Part shown: positions 41,440 through 54,775 of the stretch, one piece after another
How positions within the stretch are numbered: position 1 is the first letter of the stretch
How the letters are laid out: each line of letters opens with the position of its first letter
DNA from: an uncultured Verrucomicrobiae bacterium
GTDB taxonomy: Bacteria > Verrucomicrobiota > Verrucomicrobiia > Chthoniobacterales > UBA10450
Assembly (NCBI GenBank): GCA_963726745.1
Contig: CAVSDR010000002.1
Coordinates: 224,001-288,000, forward strand
Length of the DNA stretch: 64,000 nucleotides
Direction: 5' to 3'
Notes under the pieces: generated by a model
Databases searched by the model: none
The model's input: the letters and a program-made list of their open reading frames with translations, nothing else
Told to the model about the DNA's origin: nothing
Position numbers and translations under genes: made by a program

Positions 41440-43458
41440 ATGACCGACAAACTCCAGTCCGCCCGCAGCCGGCTCGACGAACTCGATGAACGCGTGGTCC
41501 ACGCGCTCGCCGAACGCCAGCGTTTGGTCGAGGAAGTGGCCGCGCTCAAAAGCGATCCGACCCTCCCCTTGCAGGATGCGACGCGCGAACACGACCTGCT
41601 CGCGCGCGTCGCCAAATTGGCCGAAGCGGAAAAGCTCGACGGCTATTTCGTGCAATCGCTCTACCGCCGCATCCTCGAGCATTCGGTTCGCTTCCAGGCC
41701 GCGCGCCAGGGCGAACCGGCGAGTGATTCCGCGCTCGTCGTCGCCTACCAGGGCATCGAGGGTTCCTACAGTCATGCGGCTTCGCGTGCGCATCTCGGCG
41801 CTTCGCCGCGCGAGGTGCGCTATCACGGCTACCGCTCGTTTGGCTCGGCCATGGATGCCGTCCGGCGCGGCGATGCCGAGCTCGCGATTCTGCCGATCGA
41901 GAACACGGTCGTCGGTTCGATCACCGAGACCTACGACTTGCTCAGCCGCGCCGATCTCCATCTCGTGGGCGAGGAGATTCACCGCGTGGAGCATTGCCTG
42001 CTCGCGCTCGAGAATGTGCCGCTCGGATTAATCCGCCGCATCGGTTCGCATCCGCAGGCGCTCGCGCAATGCAGCACCTTTCTGGAAGCGCTCGAAGATT
42101 GCCGGGTCGAGTTTGAAGAAGACACCGCCAGCGCCGCGATGCTCGTGGCCGAGAGCGGCGATCTCTCGCGCGGCGCGATCGCGAGCGAAGAAGCGGCCAC
42201 GCGCTACGGCTTGCAGGTTTTGAAGCGGAGCGTGGCCAACCAGAAGGAAGTCTTCACCCGCTTCGTCGTCATCGCGCGCCAGCCGCGCACGGCCGACCCG
42301 CGTTTGCCGCACAAGACCTCGCTCCTGGTGACGATCAAGCACGCGGAAGGTTCGCTCGCGCGCGGTCTCGATGTCCTCGCGCAACACGGAGTCAACCTGA
42401 CCAAGCTCGAGTCGCGCCCCAGCCCGGAGCGCAGCTGGCAATATCTCTTCTACATGGATTTCGAAGGTGGCTTGCACGAGCCGCAGGTCGCGCAGGCCAT
42501 GACCGAACTGGCGAAACATGCCGAAGCCGTGCGCGTTCTCGGATCGTATCCGCGCGCCGTCGCGGGCCAGCGCCACGAAGTGCAATACGTCGCGGCCGCG
42601 CGGAACAACGCCGCCGCGCCGAACTCCAAAACCGCCGCGCCGGCCGCGAAGGAAAACAAATCCTACCGGCTCGCGTCGCGCGCCAGCCAGAAGGGCGACA
42701 GCGTGGTCGAGATCAAGAACGCGCGCATCGGCGGCGACGCACCGTTCGTTCTCATCGCCGGTCCGTGCTCCGTGGAATCGCGCGAGCAAATCACCGCCTG
42801 CGCGCGCGCCTTGCACGAGGCCGGCGGACATCTGCTTCGCGGCGGCTGTTTCAAACCGCGCACTTCGCCCTACGATTTCCAAGGTCTCGGCTTCGAAGGC
42901 CTGACGATCATGCGCGAAGCCGCCGATGCCTACGGCCTCGCGATCATCACCGAAGTGGTTCACCCGGGCGATGTCGATGCGGTCGCGCGCGAAGCCGATG
43001 CGCTCCAGCTCGGCGCGCGCAACATGCAGAACTTTGCGCTGCTGAAAGCGGTCGGCCGGACGCGCCTGCCGGTCGTCCTGAAGCGCGGCCTGATGTCGTC
43101 GGTTGATGAATGGCTCGCGGCCGCGGAGTACATCATGAGCGAAGGCAACTCGCGCGTGATCCTCTGCGAACGCGGCATCCGCACCTTCGAAACCGCGACG
43201 CGCAACACGCTCGACCTTTCGGCTGTGCCCGTGCTTCAGGAGCGCACGCATCTCCCGATCATCGTCGACCCGAGCCATGCCGCCGGGCGGCGGGAATGGG
43301 TCGCGCCGTTGCTCCGGGCCGCGCGCGCCGTCGGCGCCAGCGGCGCAATGATTGAGTTCCATCCGGACCCGGAGACCGCCCTCTCCGATGGCCGGCAGTC
43401 GCTCGACTTCGAGCAGTTCGCCGCGCTCGCGACGGAGATCGCGCAGGCGAGGACCTAA
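41440..43458 (+). CDS. pheA: Chorismate mutase-prephenate dehydratase-ACT-DAHP synthase fusion
   Basis: AroQ-type N-terminus; [24 protein letters not shown]; then [33 protein letters not shown]. Confidence 0.92.
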   Translation: MTDKLQSARSRLDELDERVVHALAERQRLVEEVAALKSDPTLPLQDATREHDLLARVAKLAEAEKLDGYFVQSLYRRILEHSVRFQAARQGEPASDSALVVAYQGIEGSYSHAASRAHLGASPREVRYHGYRSFGSAMDAVRRGDAELAILPIENTVVGSITETYDLLSRADLHLVGEEIHRVEHCLLALENVPLGLIRRIGSHPQALAQCSTFLEALEDCRVEFEEDTASAAMLVAESGDLSRGAIASEEAATRYGLQVLKRSVANQKEVFTRFVVIARQPRTADPRLPHKTSLLVTIKHAEGSLARGLDVLAQHGVNLTKLESRPSPERSWQYLFYMDFEGGLHEPQVAQAMTELAKHAEAVRVLGSYPRAVAGQRHEVQYVAAARNNAAAPNSKTAAPAAKENKSYRLASRASQKGDSVVEIKNARIGGDAPFVLIAGPCSVESREQITACARALHEAGGHLLRGGCFKPRTSPYDFQGLGFEGLTIMREAADAYGLAIITEVVHPGDVDAVAREADALQLGARNMQNFALLKAVGRTRLPVVLKRGLMSSVDEWLAAAEYIMSEGNSRVILCERGIRTFETATRNTLDLSAVPVLQERTHLPIIVDPSHAAGRREWVAPLLRAARAVGASGAMIEFHPDPETALSDGRQSLDFEQFAALATEIAQART

Positions 43459-44069
43459 CGAGGGGTTTTCTCGCGCAGGAGCGCCGCCACCCGCGACGGC
43501 GGCGGCACGAGCACGGAGAGCATCCCGGCGGCCTGCGCCGCTTCCTGACCGATCAGCGTGTCCTCGAAGACGAGGCATTTCTCCGGGGGAACGCCGAGCT
43601 TCTGCGCCGCGACCAGGAAGGGATCAGGCGCGGGTTTTCCTTGGGGATAATCTTCCGCGCAGACGACCGCGGCGAACTTCTCGAGCAGGCCTAACGAGCG
43701 GAGGGTGCGCGTGACCACATGGCGATTCCCCCCGGAAGCGACCGCCATCGGCAAGCGCCCGCTGACCTCGTGGACGATGGCGACGACCGGCTCGATCGGT
43801 TTGATTCCTTCCAGGAGATCGAGGAAGACGATCTCTTTTTTGTGCGCCGTTTCCGCCGGCGGCATCGCGTGGCCATGACGCGCATTGAGCAACTCGACGA
43901 TCTGCACCGTAGGCATGCCGCCGAGTTCATAGAAGAGCGCCTCGGGGAACTCCGCCGCGTGTTCCCGCAGCACTTCGCGCCAGGCCCGGTAATGCAGCGG
44001 CATGGTGTCGGCCAGGGTGCCATCGCAATCGAAGATATAGGCGGCAAAATCACCCTGGGGGATTTCCAT
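43455..44069 (-). CDS. HAD-family phosphatase
   Basis: [18 protein letters not shown]. Confidence 0.9.
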   Translation of the reverse strand: MEIPQGDFAAYIFDCDGTLADTMPLHYRAWREVLREHAAEFPEALFYELGGMPTVQIVELLNARHGHAMPPAETAHKKEIVFLDLLEGIKPIEPVVAIVHEVSGRLPMAVASGGNRHVVTRTLRSLGLLEKFAAVVCAEDYPQGKPAPDPFLVAAQKLGVPPEKCLVFEDTLIGQEAAQAAGMLSVLVPPPSRVAALLREKTPR

Positions 44070-44175
44070 CGCGCGCAGGATCATGCAAAACCGCGGGCGC
44101 GTCGCTCGCAATTTACGCGCAAGCCCGCCGCGGGAGCCGTTTCTTTGGAAACTCAACCAACAAGGAGACCAGGGA

Positions 44176-45345
44176 ATGAAAGCAGTCGTGTGGCATGGCA
44201 AAGGGGATGTGCGGGTGGACAATGTGCCGGACCCGAAAATCGAGGAGCAGGGAGACGTGATCGTGAAGATCACCGCGACCGCGATCTGCGGCTCGGACTT
44301 GCATCTCTTCGATGGGTATCAACCGACGATGGAGTCGGGCGACATCCTCGGGCACGAACCGATGGGCGAAGTGGTCGAGGTCGGCCGCGAGGTGAAGAAT
44401 CTTCGGAAAGGCGACCGCGTGGTGGTGCCCTTCGTGATTGCCTGCGGCAAGTGTTGGTTCTGCGAACACACCTATTTTTCCTGCTGCGATACGACGAACC
44501 CAAACAAAAAGATCGCGGCCGAAGCGATGGGGCAATCGCCCGCGGGCTTGCTCGGCTTTTCGCACATGCTCGGCGGATTCTCCGGCGGCCAGGCGGAATA
44601 TCTGCGCGTGCCGCATGCGGATGTCGGGCCGGTGAAGATCGAGTCCGGTTTGCCCGATGAGAAAGTGCTGTTTCTTTCCGACATTTTTCCGACCGGCTAC
44701 ATGGCGGCGGAGAATGCCGAGATCGAGAAAGGAGACACGGTCGCGATCTGGGGCTGCGGCCCGGTCTCGCAGTTTGCCATCCGCAGCGCGTGGATGCTGG
44801 GCGCGGGGCGGGTGATTGCGATCGATCGCGTGCCGGAACGGCTGGCCCTGGCGCGTGAAGCGAATGCCGAGACGATCAACTTCGACGAGGAGGACGTTTA
44901 CGAGCGCCTGATGGAGATGACCAAGGGCCGCGGACCGGATCGCTGCATTGATGGCGTCGGCTGCGAAGCGCACGGGTCGGGCTCGTTCGATGCGGTGGTC
45001 GATAAAGCGAAGGCCGCAGTCATGCTCGGGACGGATCGCGCGCACGTCTTGCGGCAGGCGATCATGTGTTGCCGCAAACAGGGCACGATCTCCGTGCCTG
45101 GAGTCTACGTCGGGATGTTGGACAAGATTCCCTTCGGTGCCGCGATGAACAAAGGCCTGACCTTCAAGATGGGCCAGACGCACGTGCAGCGGTATCTGCG
45201 TCCGCTCCTGCAAAAGATCGAGGAGGGCGAGATCGACCCGTCGTTTGTGATCACGCACCGGCGGCCGATCGAGGAAGCGCCCGAGCTCTACAAGACCTTC
45301 CGGGACAAAAAAGACGGCTGCATCAAAGTGGTGCTGAAACCGTAA
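44176..45345 (+). CDS. Zn-dependent alcohol dehydrogenase (formaldehyde dehydrogenase-like)
   Basis: [25 protein letters not shown]. Confidence 0.92.
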   Translation: MKAVVWHGKGDVRVDNVPDPKIEEQGDVIVKITATAICGSDLHLFDGYQPTMESGDILGHEPMGEVVEVGREVKNLRKGDRVVVPFVIACGKCWFCEHTYFSCCDTTNPNKKIAAEAMGQSPAGLLGFSHMLGGFSGGQAEYLRVPHADVGPVKIESGLPDEKVLFLSDIFPTGYMAAENAEIEKGDTVAIWGCGPVSQFAIRSAWMLGAGRVIAIDRVPERLALAREANAETINFDEEDVYERLMEMTKGRGPDRCIDGVGCEAHGSGSFDAVVDKAKAAVMLGTDRAHVLRQAIMCCRKQGTISVPGVYVGMLDKIPFGAAMNKGLTFKMGQTHVQRYLRPLLQKIEEGEIDPSFVITHRRPIEEAPELYKTFRDKKDGCIKVVLKP

Positions 45346-45378
45346 AGCGAAGCGCCTCGCCACTTCGGAGAAATGAAG

Positions 45379-45455
45379 TGGTTGCGGGGGCGGGATTTGA
45401 ACCCGCGGCCTTCAGGTTATGAGCCTGACGAGCTACCAGACTGCTCCACCCCGCG
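45379..45455 (-). tRNA. Initiator tRNA-fMet (CAT)
   Basis: CGCGGGGTGGAGCAGTCTGGTAGCTCGTCAGGCTCATAACCTGAAGGCCGCGGGTTCAAATCCCGCCCCCGCAACCA; C1:A72 mismatch. Confidence 0.95.
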
Positions 45456-45556
45456 TCCTTGAAGGCCCTAGTATGGGACGCGTCGGATTGATTGCAAATT
45501 GAAAGTCGGGCTCGCCTGCCGGTTGCGTGCGCGCACCGGCGGGCGCATCTCTCTGC

Positions 45557-46495
45557 GTGGCCGCACCGGCAGCAAAACATCGCCTTCTCGTGGGCACGGC
45601 GAGCTGGACCGATCCCGGCTTTGTCGAGTGCTGGTATCCGAAAGGGATGCCAGCGGCGGACCGGCTGGGCTGGTATGCGGAGCAATTCGAGATGGTGGAG
45701 GTGAACTCCTCTTTCTACGCGATCCCGGAGCCGCGGATGGTCGAGCGCTGGGCCGCGATCACGCCTAACGAGTTCATTTTTGACGTCAAGCTGCACCAGT
45801 TGCTCTCGCGCCATTCCGTGGCCGCGAAGTTTCTCCCGCGCGCGCTGCAAAAGCGGGCGGAGACGGATGGGAAGGGGAAGGTGCTGCTCGAGCCGGAGAT
45901 CGAGGCCGCGGTGGCCGCGGAATTCCTCCGTGCGCTCGAGCCATTGCGGGCGAGCGGGAAATTGGGCGCACTCCTCCTGCAGCTTTCGCCTGCGTTTTCT
46001 CCGCGGCAGCACTCGTTAGGGGAATTGCGTCCGCTCTTCGCCCAACTTGCCGGCTATCGGCTGGCGGTCGAGGTGCGGAACCGCGGCTGGGCCGAAGGGG
46101 AACGGCTGGCGGAGTTGCTCGAGTTCCTGCGCGAGCACGGCGCGGCCTTCGTCGCGGTGGATACACCGAAGGAAAAGCATTTCACGATCCTCCCGCCGGC
46201 GCTGAACGCGGTGACCACGCCCGACCTGGCTTACCTGCGCCTGCACGGGCGCGATCTGAAGGCGTACACCACCGGCAAAACCGTGGCCGCCCGTTTCCAC
46301 TACGACTATCGCGACGAAGAAATCGAGGAAGTCGCGGAGCGCGCGGGGAAGCTGGCGCACGAAGCGAAGGAGGTGCACGTGGTTTTCAATAATAACGCGC
46401 AGGATTTCGCGCCGCATGCGGCGTTGCGATTGCGTGCGGCGCTCGGCCAGATCGCGCGCGGGCCCGCGCGGCAGGCGGAGCTGTTCTCGAAATGA
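45557..46495 (+). CDS. DUF72 family protein
   Basis: VGTASW, VEVNSSFY, YLRLHGR, FNN. Confidence 0.88.
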   Translation: MAAPAAKHRLLVGTASWTDPGFVECWYPKGMPAADRLGWYAEQFEMVEVNSSFYAIPEPRMVERWAAITPNEFIFDVKLHQLLSRHSVAAKFLPRALQKRAETDGKGKVLLEPEIEAAVAAEFLRALEPLRASGKLGALLLQLSPAFSPRQHSLGELRPLFAQLAGYRLAVEVRNRGWAEGERLAELLEFLREHGAAFVAVDTPKEKHFTILPPALNAVTTPDLAYLRLHGRDLKAYTTGKTVAARFHYDYRDEEIEEVAERAGKLAHEAKEVHVVFNNNAQDFAPHAALRLRAALGQIARGPARQAELFSK

Positions 46496-46998
46496 GCGAC
46501 CCGCGCCCAGGCCGCTGGTGGCCGCGATTCAAAGCCTGGTGGCGGGCGCATCATCATCGCCTGATGTCGATCGAGGCCTCGCCGCATGCGATCGCGCTCG
46601 GCCTGGCGATCGGGATTTACTTTGGCTTTACGCCGCTTTGGAGCTTGAAGACTTTGCTCTCGATCGGGATCGCCTGGCTCTTCAACAGCAACAAAATCGC
46701 GGCCGCCCTCGGCGTGACCCTGCACGATGTGATCCTGCCGTTTATGCCCGCGATTTTCCTGTGGGAATACAAGTGCGGCTACTACGTGCTCCATGGAACG
46801 ATGCCCGCGCGGATGCACCTGGGACAGATCACGCTCCAGCAGTATTTGCATTGGAATGTCTTCGTGAACTTGATCTGGCCGACGCTCGTGGGCTCGCTCC
46901 TCCTGGCGCTGCCGCCGACGGTCGTCTCTTACTTCCTGGTGCGCGCGCTCATTCGCCGGCGGCGGGCGCACCGCCCGCTGGAGAGCGTGGCGGAGTAA
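46492..46998 (+). CDS. DUF2062 membrane protein
   Basis: SPHAIALGLAIGIYFGFTP. Confidence 0.8.
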   Translation: MSDPRPGRWWPRFKAWWRAHHHRLMSIEASPHAIALGLAIGIYFGFTPLWSLKTLLSIGIAWLFNSNKIAAALGVTLHDVILPFMPAIFLWEYKCGYYVLHGTMPARMHLGQITLQQYLHWNVFVNLIWPTLVGSLLLALPPTVVSYFLVRALIRRRRAHRPLESVAE

Positions 46999-47100
46999 TT
47001 AGCCGCGCGGGCGGCACGGGAGTTGCATCACAGGCTGCAACGAATATGCCGGCTGTGTCCTTGCGACCAGCGGGTCGCCGAATCCAGCCCATCACCTAAT

Positions 47101-47778
47101 ATGAAATCCTTCCTCGCCCTCCTCTCCAGCAGCATGCTCCTGTGCTCCTGCGCCGACATGTACGTCTCGAACGCGCAGGTTAATGGCACCGCCCGCACCG
47201 GCGCGATCGACGCCAAGGACTACGCCTCCGCCGGCATTCACATGACCAGCTGCGGCGTCGGCGCGCATCACCCGCGCGCGATTTACATCCGCCCGTTCTG
47301 CGTGGACAACGCCACCTTCACCGGCGACGTGGCCCACAGCGACGGGGAAATGCCGATCCGCAAGGCGCTCACGCCGGTGGCCTTCTCCGCGATCCTGAAA
47401 GAGCAGCTCGAGAAAATCGCGCCCGCCCGCGTCCTCGAAGAAGACGAAAGCCCGCGCGTCGGCTGGCTGGTCGAGGGCGACTTTCGCACCGTCGATGGCG
47501 GCAGCCCTCTGGCCCGGTTCTTCTTCGGACAATTCGGCGCCGGCCGGTCCTTCATGGTCCTCCACGTGCGCGTGACCGATGTCAGCAGCGGCGCAGTCGC
47601 GTATGAATTCGATGTCTCCGGTGGCAGCCGCCTCCAGGGCAAGCTCGGCACGCTCCGCGCCAGTGGCCTCGGCCGCGCGGTCTCCTTCGACCTGCATAAT
47701 GCCGCCGAGCGCATCTACCTCGCGCTCGAACCGGACGCCTTCCGCTTCGGCGCCCGCAGCGGCCTCGCCCTGCGCTAG
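47101..47778 (+). CDS. Lipoprotein (DUF4410-like)
   Basis: Lipobox-like LLCSC; DGGSPLARFFFG.FGAG. Confidence 0.7.
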   Translation: MKSFLALLSSSMLLCSCADMYVSNAQVNGTARTGAIDAKDYASAGIHMTSCGVGAHHPRAIYIRPFCVDNATFTGDVAHSDGEMPIRKALTPVAFSAILKEQLEKIAPARVLEEDESPRVGWLVEGDFRTVDGGSPLARFFFGQFGAGRSFMVLHVRVTDVSSGAVAYEFDVSGGSRLQGKLGTLRASGLGRAVSFDLHNAAERIYLALEPDAFRFGARSGLALR

Positions 47779-47875
47779 TCCTTTCCCTTGAAGGGCGTCC
47801 CGGGCGACCGGGCGCTCTTCGTCCGGGGGGAATCGGCGGTTGCGATTGGAACCGCACCGAATAAGGTGCGCCGCC

Positions 47876-48826
47876 GTGCATCCTCTTCGCCAAAGTTCGC
47901 TCCGTTTCCTCACTCTCTGCTTCCTTCTGCTGGGCGCAGGCAGCGCTTTCGCCGCCCCGTCGTTCCTGATCGTCGATGGCAAAAGCGGCTACGTTTTGCA
48001 GGAGCGCGACTCGCGCCAGAAGCGGCAGGTCGGCAGTTTGACGAAAATAGCCACCGCGATGGTGGCGCTCGATTGGATGGAGCATCACGCGGGCGATCCA
48101 AACCAGCTCGCGACCATTCCGCCGGAAGCCTTCGGCAGCGGCGGCGAAAACCTCATCGGCTTCCAGCCGGGTGACCAGGTGGCCGTGCGCGACCTGCTTT
48201 ACGCGGCGCTGGTGCAATCCGACAACATCGCCGCCTACACCCTCGGCCATCATTTGGGCCAGGCGATCCAATCCGTGGTGCCGGCGGCGCCGGGCGGCAA
48301 TCCCGTGGCCACCTTCGTCGTGCAAATGAATGCGCTGGCTAAATCCTTGAAGATGGAGCGCACGCTTTTCGTGAATCCCAGCGGCGCGGATGCGAACACC
48401 AAGCCGCTTCCATATTCCACCGCGGCCGACATCGCCCGGCTCACGCGCTACGCGCTCAACAAGGCGGGCTTTCGCTTCTACGTTTCGCAGAAGCAACGGC
48501 AGATTTCCTTCACTAGCGGTGGCAAGAAAAAGGAATACCTCCTGAAGAACACCAACGAGCTCCTCGGCCAGAACGGCGTCGATGGTGTGAAGACCGGCCG
48601 GACGGCGCGCGCCGGCGATTGCCTCGTCCTTTCCGCGCAGCGCGAAGCCGAAGTGGTGAAGACGGGCGAGAATAGCGCCCAGGTCACGCCGCGCACCCTG
48701 GTCATCGTCCTGCTCGGGAGCACGAACCGCTTCGAGGAAGGCCGCCAGCTTCTGAACCTCGGCTGGCAGCTCTACGATCAATGGGCCGCCGGCGGGCGGA
48801 AGATCGAGCCGCAGAAAGTGCTCTAG
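47876..48826 (+). CDS. D-Ala-D-Ala carboxypeptidase (S11)
   Basis: SLTK, SDN and KTG motifs. Confidence 0.9.
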   Translation: MHPLRQSSLRFLTLCFLLLGAGSAFAAPSFLIVDGKSGYVLQERDSRQKRQVGSLTKIATAMVALDWMEHHAGDPNQLATIPPEAFGSGGENLIGFQPGDQVAVRDLLYAALVQSDNIAAYTLGHHLGQAIQSVVPAAPGGNPVATFVVQMNALAKSLKMERTLFVNPSGADANTKPLPYSTAADIARLTRYALNKAGFRFYVSQKQRQISFTSGGKKKEYLLKNTNELLGQNGVDGVKTGRTARAGDCLVLSAQREAEVVKTGENSAQVTPRTLVIVLLGSTNRFEEGRQLLNLGWQLYDQWAAGGRKIEPQKVL

Positions 48827-48848
48827 CGAACGCCCCGGGCGCGCTGCC

Positions 48849-49925
48849 ATGAAACGACGCATCGGGGTCCTGACCAGCGGCGGCGATTGCCCTGGATTGA
48901 ACGCCGTCCTGCGGGGCGTGGCCATGGCCGCGGAGAAGCTCAACCTCGAGGTCCTCGGCTTCCTCGACGGCTTCGAGGGCCTGCTGCCGCCGGGTAATTT
49001 CGTCATCCTCGACCGCCGGACGACCAGCGGGATCATGCCGCGCGGCGGGACCATTCTCGGCACGACCAATCGCGGCCATTTCGTCGCCAAAGTCGGCGCG
49101 GGCAATCGCGCGGTGGTGGCCTCGGACGTGATCGCGGATGCGCGCCGCGTGCTCGAGCGCGAGCGGGTGGAAGCATTGATCATCGTCGGCGGCGACGGTT
49201 CGATGACGACCGCGCTGCAATTGCAGGAAGCGGGGATCAATTGCATCGGCGTGCCGAAGACGATCGATAACGACCTCGAAGCCACCGCCATGACCTTCGG
49301 CTTCGACTCCGCGGTGGCCTCGGTGGTCGATGCGCTCGATCGCCTGCACACCACCGCCACCAGTCACAAGCGGGTCATGGTCCTCGAAGTCATGGGTCGG
49401 CACGCGGGCTGGATCGCGCTCCACGGTGGCCTCGCCGGCGGGGCGCACGTCATCCTCATCCCCGAGATTCCGTTCCACTACGAGAGCATCATGGAAGCCC
49501 TGCGCGTGCGCGCAGGGAAGGGGAGCATCTACTCGTTAGTCGTGGTCGCGGAGGGGGCCTGCCCGGCCGACGGCCAGACCATCCGGCGGAAGATGCAGGG
49601 AGCGGAGGATCGCTTTGGCGGGATCGGCGATGTGGTCGCGGCGGAGATCGCTGCGCGCACCGACCAGGAAACGCGCTGCACCGTTCTCGGGCATCTGCAG
49701 CGCGGCGGCGCGCCGACCACGCTCGACCGCATCCTCGGCACCCGCTTCGGGGTGATGGCGGCGAAGCTGGCCGCGGAAGGAATTTTCGGCTCGATGGTCA
49801 GCTACCAGAACTACCAGGTGCGCCACGTCCCCATCGCCGATGCGGTCAATCGCCTGCGCCTGGTCGCGCCCGACAGTCAGATGGTGCAGACCGCGCGCGA
49901 CGTGGAGATTTCCTTCGGCGATTAG
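48849..49925 (+). CDS. pfkA: 6-phosphofructokinase
   Basis: GGDCPGLN, GGDGS, PKTIDND, MGR, GHLQRGG. Confidence 0.95.
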   Translation: MKRRIGVLTSGGDCPGLNAVLRGVAMAAEKLNLEVLGFLDGFEGLLPPGNFVILDRRTTSGIMPRGGTILGTTNRGHFVAKVGAGNRAVVASDVIADARRVLERERVEALIIVGGDGSMTTALQLQEAGINCIGVPKTIDNDLEATAMTFGFDSAVASVVDALDRLHTTATSHKRVMVLEVMGRHAGWIALHGGLAGGAHVILIPEIPFHYESIMEALRVRAGKGSIYSLVVVAEGACPADGQTIRRKMQGAEDRFGGIGDVVAAEIAARTDQETRCTVLGHLQRGGAPTTLDRILGTRFGVMAAKLAAEGIFGSMVSYQNYQVRHVPIADAVNRLRLVAPDSQMVQTARDVEISFGD

Positions 49926-49950
49926 CCAGCATCCTCTTAAGCTCGCGGGC

Positions 49951-50796
49951 ATGGACTACCGCGATGCCTTCCGTGTGAAACCCGGCAGCCGCCTGCGCCT
50001 GGCGAAGCGCGACCCGCGGGCCGATGGCGGCACCGACAAGAAAGCCGCGGCGCGCCGGCTCGAAAAACTCCAGCGCCGGATCGACGAGCTGCAGTTTCTC
50101 CTCTACGCGGAGAACCAGCGCGCGCTCCTCATTTGCCTGCAGGCGCCCGATGCCGGCGGCAAAGATGGCGTCATCCGCCATGTCTTCGCGGCGATGAATC
50201 CGCAGGGCTGCCGCGTGGTCCCGTTCAAGCAGCCCTCGACGGAAGAGCGGGCGCACGACTTCCTCTGGCGCATCGAGCGGCAGACGCCGCGCGCGGGTGA
50301 AGTGGTCGTCTTCAATCGCTCGCACTACGAAGACGTGCTCGTGGTGCGGGTGCATGGCCTGGTGCCGGAGAGCGTCTGGTCGCAGCGCTACGCGCAGATC
50401 AACGATTGGGAACGCCGCCTCGCTGCCAGCGGCACCACCATCCTGAAGTTCTTCCTGCACCTCAGCCCGGAGGAGCAGCTCGAGCGCTTCAAGGCGCGGC
50501 TCGATGACCCGACGCGCCACTGGAAGATTAGCGAGGCCGATTACTCCGAGCGGGAGCACTGGGACGCTTACCAAAAGGCTTACGAAGATGCGCTCAACCG
50601 CTGCAGCACCGCGGCCGCATCCTGGTTCGTCATTCCGTCGGACCGGAAATGGTTCCGCAATCTCGCGATCTCGGAAATTCTCGTGCAGACGCTGGAAGGC
50701 ATGGGCATGAAGACGCCGGAGCCGACGGTCGATCTCGAGGAGATCCGGGCGAAGTATCACGCCGCGAAAACGGCGGCTGCAGCCAACGGCGAATGA
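49951..50796 (+). CDS. ppk2: Polyphosphate kinase 2
   Basis: DAGGKDG, FNRSHYE, KFFLH. Confidence 0.92.
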   Translation: MDYRDAFRVKPGSRLRLAKRDPRADGGTDKKAAARRLEKLQRRIDELQFLLYAENQRALLICLQAPDAGGKDGVIRHVFAAMNPQGCRVVPFKQPSTEERAHDFLWRIERQTPRAGEVVVFNRSHYEDVLVVRVHGLVPESVWSQRYAQINDWERRLAASGTTILKFFLHLSPEEQLERFKARLDDPTRHWKISEADYSEREHWDAYQKAYEDALNRCSTAAASWFVIPSDRKWFRNLAISEILVQTLEGMGMKTPEPTVDLEEIRAKYHAAKTAAAANGE

Positions 50797-51785
50797 AGCT
50801 TGCTGTCTTCAGCACCAAGGCCTACGACCGCACCTTTCTCGAGGCAGCGAATCACGCCCGGCACGAGCTGCATTTCTTCGAACCGCGCCTCGGCCTGGAG
50901 ACGGTGGTGCTCGCGCAAGGTTTCGGCGCGGTCTGCGTCTTCGTGAACGATGTGCTCGACGCCGCGGTCCTCGAGCGACTCGCGGCCGGAGGCACGCGGA
51001 TGATCGCGCTGCGTTGCGCCGGCTACAATAACGTCGACCTCGCCGCGGCCGCGCGCCTCGGCCTCCAGGTCGCACGCGTCCCGGGCTACTCGCCGCATGC
51101 GGTCGCGGAGCACACCCTTGCGCTCATCCTCGCGCTCAATCGCAAGCTGCACCGCGCTTTTAATCGCGTGCGCGAAGGGAATTTCTCCCTCGCCGGGCTC
51201 CTCGGATTTGACCTCTACGGCAAAACCGCCGGGATCGTCGGCACTGGCCGCATCGGCCTCAATGTCGCCCGGATCCTGCGCGGGATCGGCTGCCGGGTGC
51301 TCGCAGCCGACCCGCTGCCTAACGAGGAAGTGCGCGGGCTTCGGGGTGGAGTATGTCGAGCTCGCGGAACTTTTCGCGCAGGCCGACATCGTGACCCTGC
51401 ATTGCCCGCTTTTGCCGACGAATCGGCACCTGATCGATGCTGCGGCGCTCGCGCAGATGAAGCGCGGGGCGATGTTGATCAACACCAGCCGCGGCGGTCT
51501 GGTCGATACCCGCGCAGTCATCGCGGCACTCAAGAGCGGTCAGCTCGGCTATCTCGGCCTCGACGTTTACGAGGAGGAAGAGGCGATCTTTTTTGAGGAC
51601 CGCTCGGGCTCGATCCTGGACGACGACGTCTTCAGCCGGCTGCTGACTTTTCCGAACGTGCTGATCACTGGGCACCAGGCCTTCTTCACCCGCGAAGCGC
51701 TGGCCAACATCGCCGCGACCACGCTGGAAAACATCGACCGCTGCGCCGCGGGCGAGCCGTGCACCAACCTCGTGCCCGCTCCGGC

Positions 51786-51789
<4 letters not shown>
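50793..51789 (+). CDS. ldhA: D-lactate/2-hydroxyacid dehydrogenase; frameshift near 51335
   Basis: [36 protein letters not shown]. Confidence 0.9.
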
Positions 51790-53440
<1,651 letters not shown>

Positions 53441-53444
<4 letters not shown>

Positions 53445-54727
53445 TGGCCACCACCGGCCGGGAGATTCGCGGCCTTCCAATCCATCGCCATGCGGATGCG
53501 GGCGCGGCCGCTGGGATGATCGAAAAAGATCCATTCCTCGAGCGGCGATGGATCGAGCTTGCGGTAAGTCCCGAGCTTGAGCGAGACCGTCGCCATTGCG
53601 TCCGGCTCGCGGGCGGTATTGATCCCGAAGGCGTCGGCTTCGACTTCGGCCACGCGAGTGATCGTGTTGCTGATCGGCGTGAGCAGGAAAGAGAGCGTGC
53701 CGAAGATGAGCGCGAGTAAGGGCAGTCCGGCCGGGTCGGCGATGCCGCGCACGCCCCAACGCGGCCCCCAGCGATCGACCGCCCAGCCAAAAGCGACCCG
53801 CGCGATGGCAAAAAGAAGCAGCAAGATGACGGCAAAATTAACCAGCATCTTGGCCACGTGGTTGAGCACGTAGTGCCCCATCTCATGCGCCATCACGTGC
53901 CGGATTTCGGGGAGCGAACATTGCTTGAGCAGGTTGTCGTTCAGCGCGATCCGGGTGGTGCCGAGGAAACCGGCCACGTTCGCGCTCACGCGGTTCGACT
54001 GGCGGGAGGCGTCGACTTCGAAGACCTGTTTCACTGGAATCTGGTTGGCTCGCGCCATCGTCAGGATCGGCTCCGAAATGCGCGCATCCTCGAGCGGCCG
54101 GTATTTATTGAAAAGCGGTTCGATGAAGACCGGCGCCAGAAGCACGCCGACGAGGAGAAAGCACACGCCCACGGCGGTGCCCCAAACCCACCACGTGCGC
54201 GGCGCGCGCCGGAAGACCGCGTAGAGCGCCACCAGGAGCAGTGTCACGACGACCAGCGTGACCGTGAGCGCGGTCGCTTGTTCGGCCAACCAGGCGCCGA
54301 ACTTTTGCGTCGCCAGCCCGTAGGCATGTTCGCGGAAGAAGTGCTCGTAGACGTTTAACGGGAAGCCGACCGCGGTCGTGAGCAACAGATAAGCGAGGGC
54401 GTAGAGCGCGACTTGCAATGAGCGAGAGCGCGTCCGGCGTTCGGCAAAATCGCGCATCCGCGCGGAGAGCCCGGTGCTGAGAAGCGCGAGGGAGATTGCG
54501 GCGCCGAGCAGGTAATTCCAGAGGATGAGCCAGTAGCCGCCCTCGAAGTAGGCATCGGACGCGGCGCGCTTTTCCGGCGGGACGGTGTCGAGCCAGGCGC
54601 GGGTCGCCGCGGCTGGATCGGCGTGCGCCGGGATCGCCGGAGTCGCGGCCGGCGAGAGCTCCTGCGCAGGGGCGCCGACGGGCAGGACCAGGGAAATAAG
54701 CAGCAGGAGGAAGAACCAGCGTTTCAT
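53441..54727 (-). CDS. M48 (Ste24-like) membrane metallopeptidase
   Basis: HEMGH, EVEAD, DHPS. Confidence 0.9.
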
Positions 54728-54775
54728 CCGCCGGAGCGTAGGGGTTGCGCGCGAAAAGGGAAGCGCGCGCGTGCG

